Position numbers and translations under genes: made by a program. A stretch of 63,938 nucleotides of DNA, filler included, from Folioceros fuciformis (taxonomy: Eukaryota), in assembly GCA_049999805.1 (NCBI GenBank). It is 6 parts of 6 records of this genome, joined end to end, with 100 filler letters (N's around TTAATTAATTAA, not from the genome) between each part and the next. Parts side by side here need not be neighbours in the genome. Positions count along the whole stretch, not along the records: positions 26,827 to 50,034 come from JBNGIO010006112.1; 5 more parts are not named here. One strand, given 5' to 3'. Position 1 is the first letter of the stretch. Every line of letters begins with the position of its first letter. The notes below the pieces were generated by a model. That model was not told where the DNA came from. It saw nothing but the letters and a program-made list of their open reading frames with translations, and did not search any database. Positions 34,548 through 47,929 of the stretch are shown in pieces.

Positions 34548-37500
34548 AGGGAGCGCCCTGGCGAGGGGAAGGAAGAGACAAACCAAGCGAAGAAGGACAT
34601 GAAGGAGGGGAAGAAAGTTGAGATTATTACAGGGTAGACTGCCTTCTTGTGCTGCTGCTGTTGCTGCTGATGGCCTCGCCTGACGAGGAGGATAGAGCTG
34701 TGCTGGGACTGGCCTGCACTGCGCTGCACGCACTGTGATGCAGCTGCAGACGGGTAGACTGGCAAACGGCTAATGCTCACGACTACAGTACATCATCAAA
34801 CGCAACACCAAGGAAAGCGTAGCTGGCTTGGGTGGGCATGGAAGGGACGGGACGGGACGGGCCGGGCCGGGCCGGTCCACCTTGTCCTGTCCCCGTTGTC
34901 CTGCGGTGGTCGTGGCGTGGCTTCGTGCGCGCGTTCGACGCTGGGTCGGCATGGACCACCACGACTTGTGGTGCAGGATTGCCCTAGGCTCCCTGCGGCC
35001 TGCGCCGCCCCCCCTCGCCCCGCCCGAGAAGGATGGAGATGACGCATACGAAAGTGCCTGCCCACTCTTCTGCTTGCACCCTCTTCGCTTCGCCTCGCTT
35101 CTTCTTGCAAGCTGGGGAAAAGCTAGACAGAGAGCCTGGAGAGAGGGAGAGGAAAAAAGGAAAAACGGAGAGAGAGCACCGGCGGCTCCGCAACAACATC
35201 TCATCCGGATTTGCTTCCTCGGATTTCTCGATTTTTCTTTTCCCAGCTTCGCTCGAGCCGCCTCAGGATGAACTCTGGGGGTCCCACAGCCTCCCTGTCC
35301 ACCTACCCGGTGCCTCTGTCTGTCTCACCCACCCTCGCCTCTTTTCTTCCTCCCTGCTTCCCACCCGTCGTGCTCGTTTGTGCTAGTCACTAGTTTCTTT
35401 CTTGCTTTAGGGTTGGTTGACCCGGCATCACAGTCTCCGCATTTTAGGGTGCATTGTTTGCTGGCGTTGGAAGTGGAAGACGCTTGATCGACAGTGATGC
35501 CTGGCCACTCTAAGTGTGCGCTAATCATGTCGGTATCTTAGTTTCTCATCTCAGGAGGATGAGTTGGACTGCAAAGATTCTCGGCCACGGACTCGAGGTT
35601 TTGGGGGCCCAAGCTCACGCTCAAGCTGTGGACTACAGGCTCTAGGCTACAAAGTACTGGATGATGCTGTCTTGGCACATTCTTGAGCGGTGTCAAGTGC
35701 ACAAATAGATTTCAGCGTACTTCATTCAAAGCTTTGATATGCCATGGTAAGAGATATGTATGTGCTGAGCTGGTGACTGAGTTGTGTCCACGCATACCAA
35801 TGTGTAGAAGGTAGTCATGGTATCACGCAATGTGACAACCACAAGAGCATCACCAGGATTGGTGTCTCTCATGCACGTTGCACAATACCCAACTACCTAA
35901 TCCAGTTCCTGCAAATTTGAACAAAGGAGTACAAGACGAAGTCTACACGTTCACATTACAAGACAAATCCCCTGGTGTGGACAAGGACAATGCAAGCAGA
36001 AGCTCTGGCAGGTGGTGGGAACCCGTTCCGTAGAACGGAGTCGTTTGGTGACCCGCCGCCTCTACATCCCTGGCGGATGTCAGTTGTGACGCAATCGAAC
36101 AGCTCATGGGTTGCGCAGGGGACATGGCTGGGCCCATCTCCGGGTCTCGCTTTTGGACAGAGTCACAATGCACTCTGCGCTGTGGGCTGCACGATGGGCA
36201 TGCCTTGTATGAGGCCATGTCTGCTCACCAAGGGATGATGGTGCGAGAGCCCCTGATATCCGCTGACAGCCCCACTGGGAGATCCCCTCTCTTGTGGCTC
36301 TGTCTTTACAGCTATGCGGCCATGGCGGAGGTAGGGGGCAGTGGCAAAGCCTATTCCAGGGCTCCTCCTTGTGGAGCAGCTCCGCTGCTGAATCGGATTG
36401 GGCACGTGGAATTCGGAGCCTTGCTGAAGAAAGGAGCCTGCTTGTTGCCTCCCACGTCCCTCCTTTCTGTTCTGGGCGGAATGCTGATGCGGGATCCGTA
36501 AGAGGATCCTTGCATGGTGTTGCGTGCGTCACGTGCAAGGCCGAGGAATGTAGAGAGCCTGCATTCTTTGTGCTTGGATTTGCTGCGTGGTGTTCGGTTT
36601 CTTCATGCACCCGGGTCAGGGTTGAAGTTCTCGTGGGCACTAACAAGCTGGTGGGATCCTGGGCGGTCAAGGGTGTTTTGCCTCTTTGTGGGGAGTGGCG
36701 TGCAGAGGCTGTAAGATTTGTGCTTTCCATGCTCCGGATGTTGGTGGCAGTTTCGGTCGGAGCCAACATCACCAGCTCTTTCTGATGAGGTTGAGGCGGA
36801 CAATTGGGTTGTCCTGAACACCGCAACGCGTGCTACGAATGGTTTGCAGCCACTGTGGGCTGCCGAACGTTGGGATGAAGCAAGGTTTTTGCATGAAATG
36901 CCGGTGGATCTCGCAGCATTGTCTCAGGCAACTTCTTCATAAGAGAGGACGTTCAGTGATTTGGAGGCTACCTGTCGCCAGCTTTAGCTTTTTGGTCTTA
37001 GACACCCGCCCTGTCTGGACAGTCTGAACAAAGGTGGACGGCATGACCGGCCCAAGGATGAATGTTTGCTCGACGGCTTGCCTCACTGTACAGTTTACAC
37101 GGCCTCATGGCGTGAAGGTATGCTTATGAAATCGTGGATCCTCGGCATCAGAAAGCACTGTCTGTGCAGTAGCGAAGGGCGGCAGCAAAGGGAACAAAGA
37201 AACCGAAGGCAGGATTCAACCCTTTGTCAGGTCTCCCGGCACAAGTGGACAGCTTTAACCTTTGACAGTGTGGTCCAAGCATTCACATGATCTAGCGAAT
37301 GGAACCACTCACTCTGCACGAGGGTCAGAGCGGTGAGCCGGAGCTTGACCTCTGCATGCTGTAGCTGTGCCGGCCACTATTTTCCTACATGTGGCAACGC
37401 AACACAATGGGCTAGAGCAGTATAAAGAGCCTGGATGATGCGATTGGCTCGAGTTTGTCCGCAAAAAGGACATATCCTCGTTCCCAAGACACGACAGGAG

Positions 37501-38069
37501 CTCTACGATTGCTGTGCCGCTCACATGTCCGTGCAGTGCATCAGGTTGTTGCATCATTTTGTACACTGGATGCTTTCAGTGAACTATGTCTCCCTCCAGC
37601 CACATGGGCCCAGCATGCGGCACGTCTCGTCCTGACAGGCTCGTAGATACACCCATCACTGATGCCGAGAATGAACAAACTACAGTACTCTAACATTCGT
37701 CTCATAATCGGGATTGTTCCCGGAACGGTCTAGCATTTGTGAGGAGAAGAGGAATAATCCTGCTTTGGGTCATCGACGCGTCGCCTCTGATCATCACTGA
37801 CCCACCACGAACATGCAGAGGGTATGGAATCCAAGGCGCAATCAATGTATGGCCGTGTGATGCGATTAAGGTGAGCGTGGAGACCGGAGATAGGTGGCTC
37901 CTCCCGCTCCCGATGCCACCTGGGTCGGGGAACGGAGAGATGCATCCTCTCTGGCCTGGTGCGACGCTGGAAGGGCCATGTCCGTGATGCCCGCAGCGCG
38001 CCCTCTCCCCTTCCTCTGACAGCGTCCGCTCGGAAATTTGGCTGTGCCCGCTGCCCGCAGCCGGTCGCC

Positions 38070-40656
38070 ATGGGCTACCATGGCGCGCGTCCGGATGGCT
38101 CGTGGTGGGCTGTGTTGCAGGCTCGTGCTCTTCGCATCAAGTCTCTCCCGCTGCTCCGGATTGCGGAGCACAAGGTGGAGGGGGGTCCGGACGGCGGGCT
38201 GGTGAGGAAGCTGGGGCCATGGGACCTGGTGCTCATGGGCATTGGGGCCTCCATCGGCGCTGGCATCTTCGTCGTCACGGGCACCGTAGCGCACGACGCC
38301 GGCCCAGGTGCGTGCCACATTGGGCTTCTCTCTCTGCTCTCGTTGTGTATGTGCTGGGAGTGTGATGTGAAGGTCGACATTTCGTGGATGTGGTGCAGGT
38401 GTGGTGCTCAGTTTTGCTCTGGCAGGAGCGGCCTGTGTGTTCAATGCTCTCTGCTACGGGGAGTTGTCCACCAGGTTTCCTGCCCTGGTGGGCGGGGCGT
38501 ATCTGTACACCTACTGCACCATCAACGAGCTCACCGCCTTTCTCGTCTTCTGCAATTTGATGCTGGATTACCATATTGGCGCTGCCAGTATTGCACGTAG
38601 CCTTGCAAGCTATCTGGTGTCCCTGTTCAGCTTCATTCCTGCCGTGCAATCTCTGCCTGCTTGGTTAAACGGGGGGCAGGAGTTTTATGGGGGATGGGTG
38701 TCTATCAACGTTCTGGCACCTATCGTGCTTGTCATTCTCACGTACATCCTATGCCAAGGGGTGAAGGAATCGGCAGCAGTGAATGCCGCCATGACTGTCA
38801 CCAAGGTGATGGCATCCAATGTCTCCAGCTTCTCATGGCTTTTCCTCACAGCAATGAGTCGCTTGCTACGGGATCTTAACCCTGACCACTACTCGTTGTT
38901 TGTTTTTCAGGTGCTCATAGTCTTGCTGGTGATCGCAGTGGGTGCTTTCGAAGTTGACACCACGAACTGGAGTCCTTTTCTTCCATACGGTGTCTCAGCA
39001 GTGGTAACAGGGGCCACGGGTCTGTCTCTCCTCCTCTGGCAGGATGCTCGTTAGCTTTCTGAGATGGGCGCTGCCTGACATAGTACTTGTGGTCTGGTGG
39101 TCTGGCAGTTGTGTTCTTCTCCTATGTGGGATTTGATGCGGTTGCAAATTCCGCAGAGGAAGTGAAGAAGCCCCAGGTACAATGCTCCACGAATTGGGCC
39201 TCGTTTTTGACATTGCATGATTTTTCTTTTCCTGGTTAGAGTGTCTGACTCGATAGAATGATTCTCCAGTCTGTAGGATGCTGCTGATGTCTCACAGGCG
39301 GCGTGGGCTTGCAGCGAGACCTACCAATCGGCATTCTTGGTAGTCTGGTGGTTTGTGCGGCATTGTATGTGGCAGTGTGCCTGGTTATCACAGGCATGGT
39401 ACCCTACACTGAGCTAGGGGGTGATGCACCTCTTGCACTTGCCTTTAAGGCCAAAGGGCTGTACATAGTGAGTACCCTCATCGGCGTGGGTGCAGTTGCT
39501 GGCCTAACCACCACCGTCCTTGTGGGGCTGTATGTCCAGGTGAATTATATTTGGCTCATCTCAGTTGCCTTCTCTCATTTGGGTCGTCGGCCTTCATTTG
39601 ACTAAATTGCTGGCATGAGACGTCTTTTGAACTCTTGTTTTTGCTATGATGGGTGTAGTCACGATTGTACCTTGGACTTGGCCGAGATGGACTTGTACCA
39701 ACATTTTTTGCTCGTATCAACCCTGAGCATCACACGCCTGTATTAGCCCAAATATGGGTTGGAATTGTTGCAGGTGTCTTGTCCCTGTTCTTCAATGTCA
39801 GTCACCTCTCTCACATTCTTTCAGTTGGTTGCTTGGTAAGTTACAATTTGCGCCTACAGCTCTCCTTTTCAATGCTTTTTCCCTTCTCTAGAAAGTTTCA
39901 TCCCTGGAGGAACGTCTCTGACGCTTTCCCATCGTCATTATATGAACAGTCTGGATATTCCGTGGTAGCAGCTTGCGTGTTGATGCTGCGCATTCAAGCA
40001 GCAGAAGTTGAGAGTCAACATATTGTCCCGCAATCTAGCGGATTCTCCAAATGGCAAGAAGCGATGACAGGGATCTTAGCTGTTACTCTTTTCAGCTTCT
40101 TAGTTGGCATCACCTACAGATACGAACATCCCGTAGTCGCTCTTGTCTTCCTTGTTCTGGCTGTAATAAGTGCAGTGCCGCTGTATGCTAGGCAGGTGAG
40201 TTATGTCACTCTTTTCTTATCATCTGTGCTGCTCGTCCTGGCTGTGAACTTAACACTAAACAAGAAGCACTGGTACCATGCAGGAGTACAAGAGGCCATC
40301 GACTTTTGCATGCCCTTGGGTGCCAACACTGCCTTTGTTGGGCATTGCTTTAAACGTCTTCTTGTTTGCTCAGGTGAGTAGTTCCCCTCCTGTACGTCCA
40401 GGAGTCTTGCACTGCACTGAGTCGCTGTCAACTTGTTAGAGTAGAGACGGCGTGCTTATTCTTGCCTCATATTGCGTGACAGTTACACTGGGAGGCTTGG
40501 GTGCGGTTTGTTGTGCTCAACATACTGGCGGTCGTTGCTTATGCCTTATACGGTCAACACAATGCAGTCTTTGAGACTGCTGTGGATTCAAGGTCACCAC
40601 TCTATGAGAAAGCTCCTAGTGGGGACCCTGATGAGCATGTCCAGGATCTTAACTGA
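38070..40656 (+). CDS. CAT9: Cationic amino-acid transporter, CAT9-like (APC superfamily), multi-exon
   Basis: LVRKLGPWDLVLMGIGASIGAGIFVVTG, VFFSYVGFDAVANSAEE, SRLYLGLGRDGL, FACPWVP, and final exon LHWEAWVRF...QDLN*. Confidence 0.92.
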
Positions 40657-40759
40657 AGTATCCTTCGGTGTTACATCTGCTTTGGTGCTAGAGGAAACGC
40701 AACTCTGTGAAAATGCCAGATCGGAATGACGTGTCGTTGCCAAAATGTTAGCAGAACAG

Positions 40760-41069
40760 TCAGTTTCCCTTCCTCGATGCAAATCGGATAGTCTCTTCGC
40801 CAAGCAATGGCAGCTTCAACCTAATTGTCAGTTGTAAGAGATCTATGTCCTCATTATTTGAACATGTAATGGACTCTCCTGGGGAAGCTCTTACCTACTG
40901 CTTTCTTAACTTCTTCAGTTTCCCTTCCTCGATGCAAATCGGATAGTCTCTTCGCCAACCATTGGCAGCTCCAACCTAATCGTCAGTTGTAAGAGATCAA
41001 TGTTCTCATTATTTGAACATGTAATGGACACTCCTGGGGAAGCTCTTACCTACTGCTTTCTTAATTTCT
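40760..41069. repeat. Tandem duplication, 155-bp unit x2
   Basis: The units start TCAGTTTCCCTTCCTCGATGC at 40760 and 40915 and differ by a few substitutions. Confidence 0.93.
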
Positions 41070-41245
41070 TCTACCTAGGTTCTCTACAACATAGCTATTT
41101 GAACGTCACCATGGCTACGAAGAATGTAGGGGATGACTTGCAGTAGTATAAAAGCCTCAGCATGAGGTGCGAAGCTTAATCCAGCTGCAGTTGCATGCTG
41201 CTCATGTTACAAATAGAAAAAAAATATGAATATAGTTTATGAAGC

Positions 41246-43545
41246 TCAGGCTTCCTCCGCATCCAACTTTTGCTTAGTCAAGTCCAGATTCCTGACTGGG
41301 CCCTTGAACCACTTTCTCGCATCTACAGTCCACCAAAGCATAACCAACGACAAGACTACGGCCAATGCCACTGGTGCATAGTTGAAGGTATCCCATTGAA
41401 GAGGGTACGTGGTAGGGAGTAGAAATATGACACAAGTGTACAGGATCCAGATGAATGCGACGCAGTGGATAGGTCGGCTGGCTTTGCCGAGATAAAACGG
41501 GCCAGGCTTGAATTCTCCTCGAGGTATTATAATCCTGAAAAAAATTGGTACGGCATAGCCACCCACCCAACCAATTGTGGTAATGGACGCAATGGCCGTG
41601 AATACCACATCAATCTTCAATACAGGAAGAGACAGGAGAGCGGCAAAGAAGGCACATAGCCAGACAGCATTTGCTGGGATCTTGTACTTCGGATGGAGTT
41701 TACGCCACAACCTGGAAAGGGGAATACCGCCATCACGTGCTAGAGCATACACCTGTGCAAAGGCTTTGTGTTAGCACGGTCATTGATTCTCCAACGTCTC
41801 AATGAGTAGTACCCGGACAAGATCTTTTGGTGCGAAGCACTTACCACTCGCGCAGCACTTGTGGTGATCGAGAGGCCGCCAAAGAAGAAAGAGGCCCAAA
41901 TAATGCACAACAATATAACGGCTCCAGTTCCATTGTGGTACCGCCCATGAAAGGCATCGTAAAGGATTTGAGCGGGCACGAATAAGCCTCCTGTTTCATT
42001 ACTTAGATCATACAGGTAGTCCAAATTCTGCGCAAGAGCAAGTTTCCAGTCAAGCGAACAAGCAGGTACTTGCATGCAAAAGATTTCAAATGGGTACGAG
42101 GGGCTAGGAAGTAACCTGGATGCTGAAAGTGAGAGCGAGAATGAATGCAAAGCCAAAGACAGATATCAAGCCAATGCTTGACAGAATGGCAATGGGGCCA
42201 TTCCAGTCTGCACCTCTTGTTTCCTCTGTTAAGTGAGCAGCAGCGTCATAGCCATACAGCGAATATTGGCTGACAAGGAACGACAGCACAAATAGATAAG
42301 GTCTGCTCTGGATGCCGGTGTCAACAACGTTAGGCTGAAACTTGGAGAAGACGAAAGATGCTGATTGCCTTGTTGGTGCAACTAGGGGAATAAGAAACAC
42401 CATGATACTGGCTCCAATGACCTGTTAGCAGACACCAGATGCAATGGAGTGTTCCCAGTGAGAAATGAGGCAGAAATGTGGCATGGTTCAGAACTGCGAT
42501 CTGAGGAGTTCGAACATGTAACGAACCTGCCAGTAAATGGACACAATGTCTATGATGGCAATGACATCGAGGGCGAACGTGTTCAGAATCGCCCACGTAA
42601 GAGTTAGCAAGATGTAGAACCCCACGAATGCTCCTCGAGGAGCAAAATAACCTCCATTCTTATTCGTCCCAGTGCTTAACAATATGATATTTTGCATGGT
42701 CTGGGCTCCAGCATAGGCCTGAGCAACCAACCACTGCAAATTTAGCTGCCGACTCGTGGGCAACCAACGTCACATAAGCAGAAAAGCCTGCCATGCTCTT
42801 ACCTGTGTCCCAATTCCGGCAACAAGACCAATTGCCTCAAGCCACGCACAAATCCACGAAGCTAAAGGTCCCCATTTCGGACCTGCCAAATGTGCAGCCC
42901 AGAAGTAGAGAGATCCAGTTGTCTGGAGTCACAACCGGTGGCAGTAAGAATCTGACGAAATTCATCGTCAACCATGTACAAGAAGGTGAAGATGATGACT
43001 AAACTCCGAAACCGACATGATAATCAGCACCTACGACCTTAGTGCATCTCTGTGGCACTGCCAGGCACATGATTACATGAGAGCAGTACGCCTGCGACTT
43101 ACGGGGAAAGAGGAGCATATTTCTGCCATCGCAATGCCCACGAACCATGTGAAGAAGGTGACAACAACCCAACCCCAAACGACACCCACAGGACCTGCAT
43201 ACGTGAGGCTGCTGCCATAAAGCGGCACTATCCCAGTGAACAAAGTCATGGTGGAGAAGGCAATAGCCAGAGTCTTGAACAAGGTCTGCACACACCAGCG
43301 ACCACCCGTCACCACGAAAGCCACGCTCATGCTGTAGGACCATCCTGCAGAAGTTGAAGCAAACTTCCGCAGTTTGCCGCAAGAACTCAGCTCCCGGGAG
43401 TGGTCGGATTTTAGCAACACACCATGCTACGTCGCAGCTCCTGCTTGTAGCCCAGCTCATTGAGCCGGCGCTCCCCGGAATCCATGTCGTTGGGCAGCAG
43501 GTCCACGTTGAGGCTAACTGTCTGAGGCTTGGTTGCAGCTGCCAT
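41246..43545 (-). CDS. BAT1: Amino-acid/GABA permease BAT1 (GABP) homolog, multi-exon
   Basis: DSGERRLNELGYKQELRR, GIAMAEICSSFP|TTGSLYFWAAHLAGPKWGP, YGYDAAAHLTEET, YALARDGGIP, WFKGPVRN. Confidence 0.92.
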
Positions 43546-44112
43546 CCTTCTGCCGTAGCAACATATTACCAGTTAGCTTTCGGGAGGTCTCCCCCAACAC
43601 GGGGAATGCGCTTCGTTGCCAGAGAGTGAATGTCACAAAATCAGGCCGGCCGCATAGTCCGACCGTCACTTGACTTTGACTCAGACCTATAAATCCTCGA
43701 CAGCAAGGCTGGCCGGTTCGTAGGAGACTTTGCTGGGACACATCATCTTTGAATCCAGTCAAGAACATGCATCGACATGCATCACGAAATAAGTGCTGCG
43801 AACCGAATCCCGCAACAGGGCTGAGAAAGGTGCACGTAGACTCGCTGCGACGATGAGAGAATCGTTCCGGACGACGGGCTGGCATAGCCGGTACATGCAT
43901 AGCGTGAACTGCGCCAATCGTTTCCGACACATGGGAGCCTCAAATTGCCCAGGTGTTGAGCCTATAAGTGTACAAAGTGAAGAAAGTGCCCGTTGGTCCA
44001 CGCCCCTGCCAGATAGGGCAACATCTGGATCCAACAGATGCGACAATCTAGACGACACTTCCCTTCTCCCAATCAGAACAAAATGATAAAAAAAAGATTG
44101 TACTGTGAACAG

Positions 44113-47100
44113 TCACAACCGGGATTGCACCTGCGGCTTCAAGATCGGCCGAATATGCTCCGCGTAACCCTCAGGCACAACAGAGTCATTCAGTGGCTCT
44201 TTCAAAGCACTTTCGTACAGATGGGTGTAGACATCGCCATCGTACCGCCCCAGAGCTGAGCCCAGGAAGTAATCCGAGTGGTTGAACGCATCCACCAAAG
44301 CAACAGCATTTACTCGGACCTGAAATCGCCACACAGATGAATAACCTTAGTGCTGAGTTCAGAAGTTACCGCCTGATCCAACAAGATCATGCCAAGCCAA
44401 CAAGTACCTCTCGGAAGAGTTTGCGCAGCTGATCTTTGGCCAGGACAACCTGCTGGCTTGTCAGGTAACCAGTGGCCAAGAAATCCCCAAAATGTGAGCT
44501 GATGAGGGACAGGGCATACACACGAGACTGGATAAACAACTGCTCTTTGACACCCTGTCCAGCGATGTCTTCTTCCAGCTTTTCCAGAAATCTGGATCCA
44601 AATCAGTTTGATGGTTAGAACTCTGAACGATCACAAGAATTGTGGTCACAGCGTTCAAGCTACTTCAACTTGTTTGTCTATCTTTCCGTGTACTTTATTA
44701 TTAAGGGCATGCGGTGTTGAGCTTAATGCGCCAGAAGAAATGAAGTCACCTACCTGGCCACGATAATTCCTTCACAATGAGCTCGGCCAGCTTCCACCAG
44801 TTCCACGGCGTGTTCATCAAACGCTGCATCCCCCACATGCAGAAAGAGAGGAGAATCAGCGCTACACATGCACTGGACGAACCAAGAAGGCGGTGTTAGT
44901 GCGAATTACCAGCTTCCTGATTTGCAGCTTTGGCAATCCGTTGAGCACAGTTTACTGCCAGTCTAGCTGACCTTGCTTCAAATGCCTCCAGCAAGTTCTG
45001 TGAGTTCAACCAATCCTCCTCTGTTCCAGGGAGATGAAGCCCACGTTACAAAGGATGGATGGACCACAATCTCCTCAGAAAATGATACAAAAGCGAATGA
45101 AGAAATGAGCCAGGTCGGCACTAACCACTGCTCACTTTGCTGTTCACATCAAGCAACTGTTGCACACGCCCAAAATAGCATGCCGTACCCACAGGTTGTA
45201 TACCAGTTCCCAGCTGTGCCAGTGTTTTCATCAAGAACCGTGCTACCTAGTAGAAGAGAAAGGCACGTAGCCAGTTGAGACACAACCACGGAAGTGATCA
45301 CTTCACTCTTAAGTAGCAGGGCGACACATTGTGTCGCCCTGCTACTGCAAAAGAAAACAAAAGCAAGGCACTGCAGAAAGGGTTAAATGAAGTGGACAGA
45401 AGACAATGACCTGTAAAAGAAGTATGGTGTTGTCACCCTCATACGTACAGGCAGGGACATAAGCAGCATACAGTTCAGGGAGTCCACTGGCACACAAGTA
45501 GCCATGACCTCCACATAGCTTCCTACACTCCTCAATGCCATCCTACCACAAGTGAAAAACAGACGACCACAATGAGGGAGCTTTCACCTATCAGAGGTAA
45601 CAAGTCAGTTATTGACAAGGTGATTCCTCTTCTCGACATGAGGACCTTGCGCACAGAAGGAGAGGGCATCAGCAGACGTACAGCAGTAATGGCTGTTGTT
45701 ATTGACTTCAAGCCTGCTGTGCATGCATGAACCTCTGATAAGGTTGAGTAGTCGTTGACAGCCAAACGGGCAATAACATCTGCATACAATACCTTCAACC
45801 ACTGCCCTGCGACTCGATAGGCATAAGCTGTGGCAAGCAGGCCAAACAGCTTTTGTTGTTGGGTTTTGTAGTCTATCACCTGAACACAAGCAAGTGGAAG
45901 GTCGAAAAAGGTTAGCGTTCTGTTGCTGCTATCATCTACTGAGATTGCTCTGTGCAGAAGCAAACCCACAAGAAAATAAGCAGCAGCTTCGGATCACCAC
46001 AGAGCTCAGTAGAATGCAATAACAGTCCTTGTTATTGGCAACATTAATCAGCTACTGATTCGGCTTCAGTACTAGCAGGCGAGGTCATGAATGCTCTGCA
46101 CATATGATTCCTTTGGCTTGACAATCAGTTACGAATGCATGAGTCGCATCATGAGAGGTTTAAGAAAAGCAGAGCAAGAAAATCACCTGAACTTCAGGCT
46201 GACCTCCGCTTGCACCAAACTGCCGGCGAACGGCGCTGTATCGAACAGCAATAGTTACAGCACGGGAAAGGTAGATAGAGGCATCTGACACAATGGATTG
46301 GCGCACAAAAACCATAGCTCCATAACCGAGCTGCTTAGGAGCGCCAGAAGGGATATATTTGCCATCCCTGGTCACTGTCGCAAGCCTGGACAAGCGTAAC
46401 ATCACCACCAACAACCACAAGAGTGAGCTCCCTGACAGCAGTCGACAGATAAGAAACAAGGTGCAGCACACTGGCCTCCACGCAGTACCTCATCAACAGA
46501 TTGTCGCGGGGAATGCGGAAGTGTTCAAAGCGAAGATAGCCATTGTCCATGGAGTTGTAGCCTCCATTCCCAAACTTGACCCCAATATCTCCAACCGAAA
46601 TCCCTGGCAGTGGCCTGTGGTCGTCCAAGCTGCGAATCGGAACGACAAAAGCTGCGTGTGCCAAAACCCAAATAATCAGCGACTACCAGAAACAGGACCA
46701 CACCATCGCACCCAGCACACGGACATACCATGCACTCCGAAATCCTTCCCTTTGATGATGAGTCGAGCGTACACAACGGCATGAGTTGCTGACTTCCCGA
46801 GTCCTCCGGGCCACCACTGCCCACCCGACCAAACAAGCAACCTTTAATCCACATCTGAATTGGACTACCCACTAACAGACACCCCAGGCAAGCACAGAAA
46901 GCAAACCCCAACCTTGTAAGCTGTCAAAGTGGGAGTGTGCAACACGAACTCATCCGTTGACAAATCCAAGGTGGCAATCGTCTCCAGGCCCTGAACATTG
47001 GAGCCATGCCCCAGCTCTGTCTGCGCATAACAGCCAATAATTGCCATCTTGAAGGCAAGCGGGAGCCACTTGCGCTGCTGCTCCTCCGTGGCCTGTCCCT

Positions 47101-47627
47101 TGATGGCTGGAATGAACATGCCCTGCGCGGCCAGGACGAGGATGAGCGACAGCAGCCCGGCATGGTGGGCGGGTGGGTGGGTGCTGAGGAGCTGCTATTC
47201 CAATTCTCACCCAATGAAGATCCGTGTAAGCCGGCTGATCCAATTGCGAGCGCAGCTTGGATGCCTCCGCCTCTGCAACAAGAGGAGCAAACCCAGGAAA
47301 TTCTTAGCCCAATACAAGGCCATCCAAAGCATTGCCTTCCTTGGGGCTGGTGGGTGGGTGGCTTTGGGTGGTGTTGGGGAATTATCACCCACCTGAGAGC
47401 TTCTTCTCCAGAATGATGCTCCACACATGCTTGGCCTTGCGCAGCGTGTCATCGTAGAGCGCCTTGCGGTCGAGCGAGACCCGGGCCGACTTGTCGAGCA
47501 CGGGATCGGCTGCTACCAGATCCGCCATGCGCTGCTCCAGCCGCAGGGCCTCCTCCCCGCCAGCCAGCAGCACCATCATGGCGTGCACATCGAAGCGCGC
47601 ATTGCGCCGCTCCACCTCCAGCGCCAT
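44113..47627 (-). CDS. ACX1: Peroxisomal acyl-CoA oxidase 1, multi-exon
   Basis: [53 protein letters not shown], and a C-terminal PTS1 SRL*. The exon junctions I checked keep the frame. Confidence 0.95.
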
Positions 47628-47929
47628 GGCCCCTGTGGCGCCTCGGCTTTCGATTGCGGATAGTGACGACCAAGGAGGCGGAGAACGAGGAGCACGGAAT
47701 GGGAGGAAGGCAGGCAGATTTATATGAGTAGCAGGGCCTGCCTCAGCCTTTTTTTGTGGGCAATTGTGGAAATGTGGGTTTTGGCAGGTAGCCAAGTGGC
47801 ATCAGTCATCGGTTTCCGAAACCACCCACCAAACACGAAAGGCAAGGCAAGGCAAAGCAGGGAGGCAGGCAGGGAAGGAGGAGAGGGAAGGGCGGCAGAC
47901 CTGGTGGGCAAGTGGGCAAGGCAGGGGCT

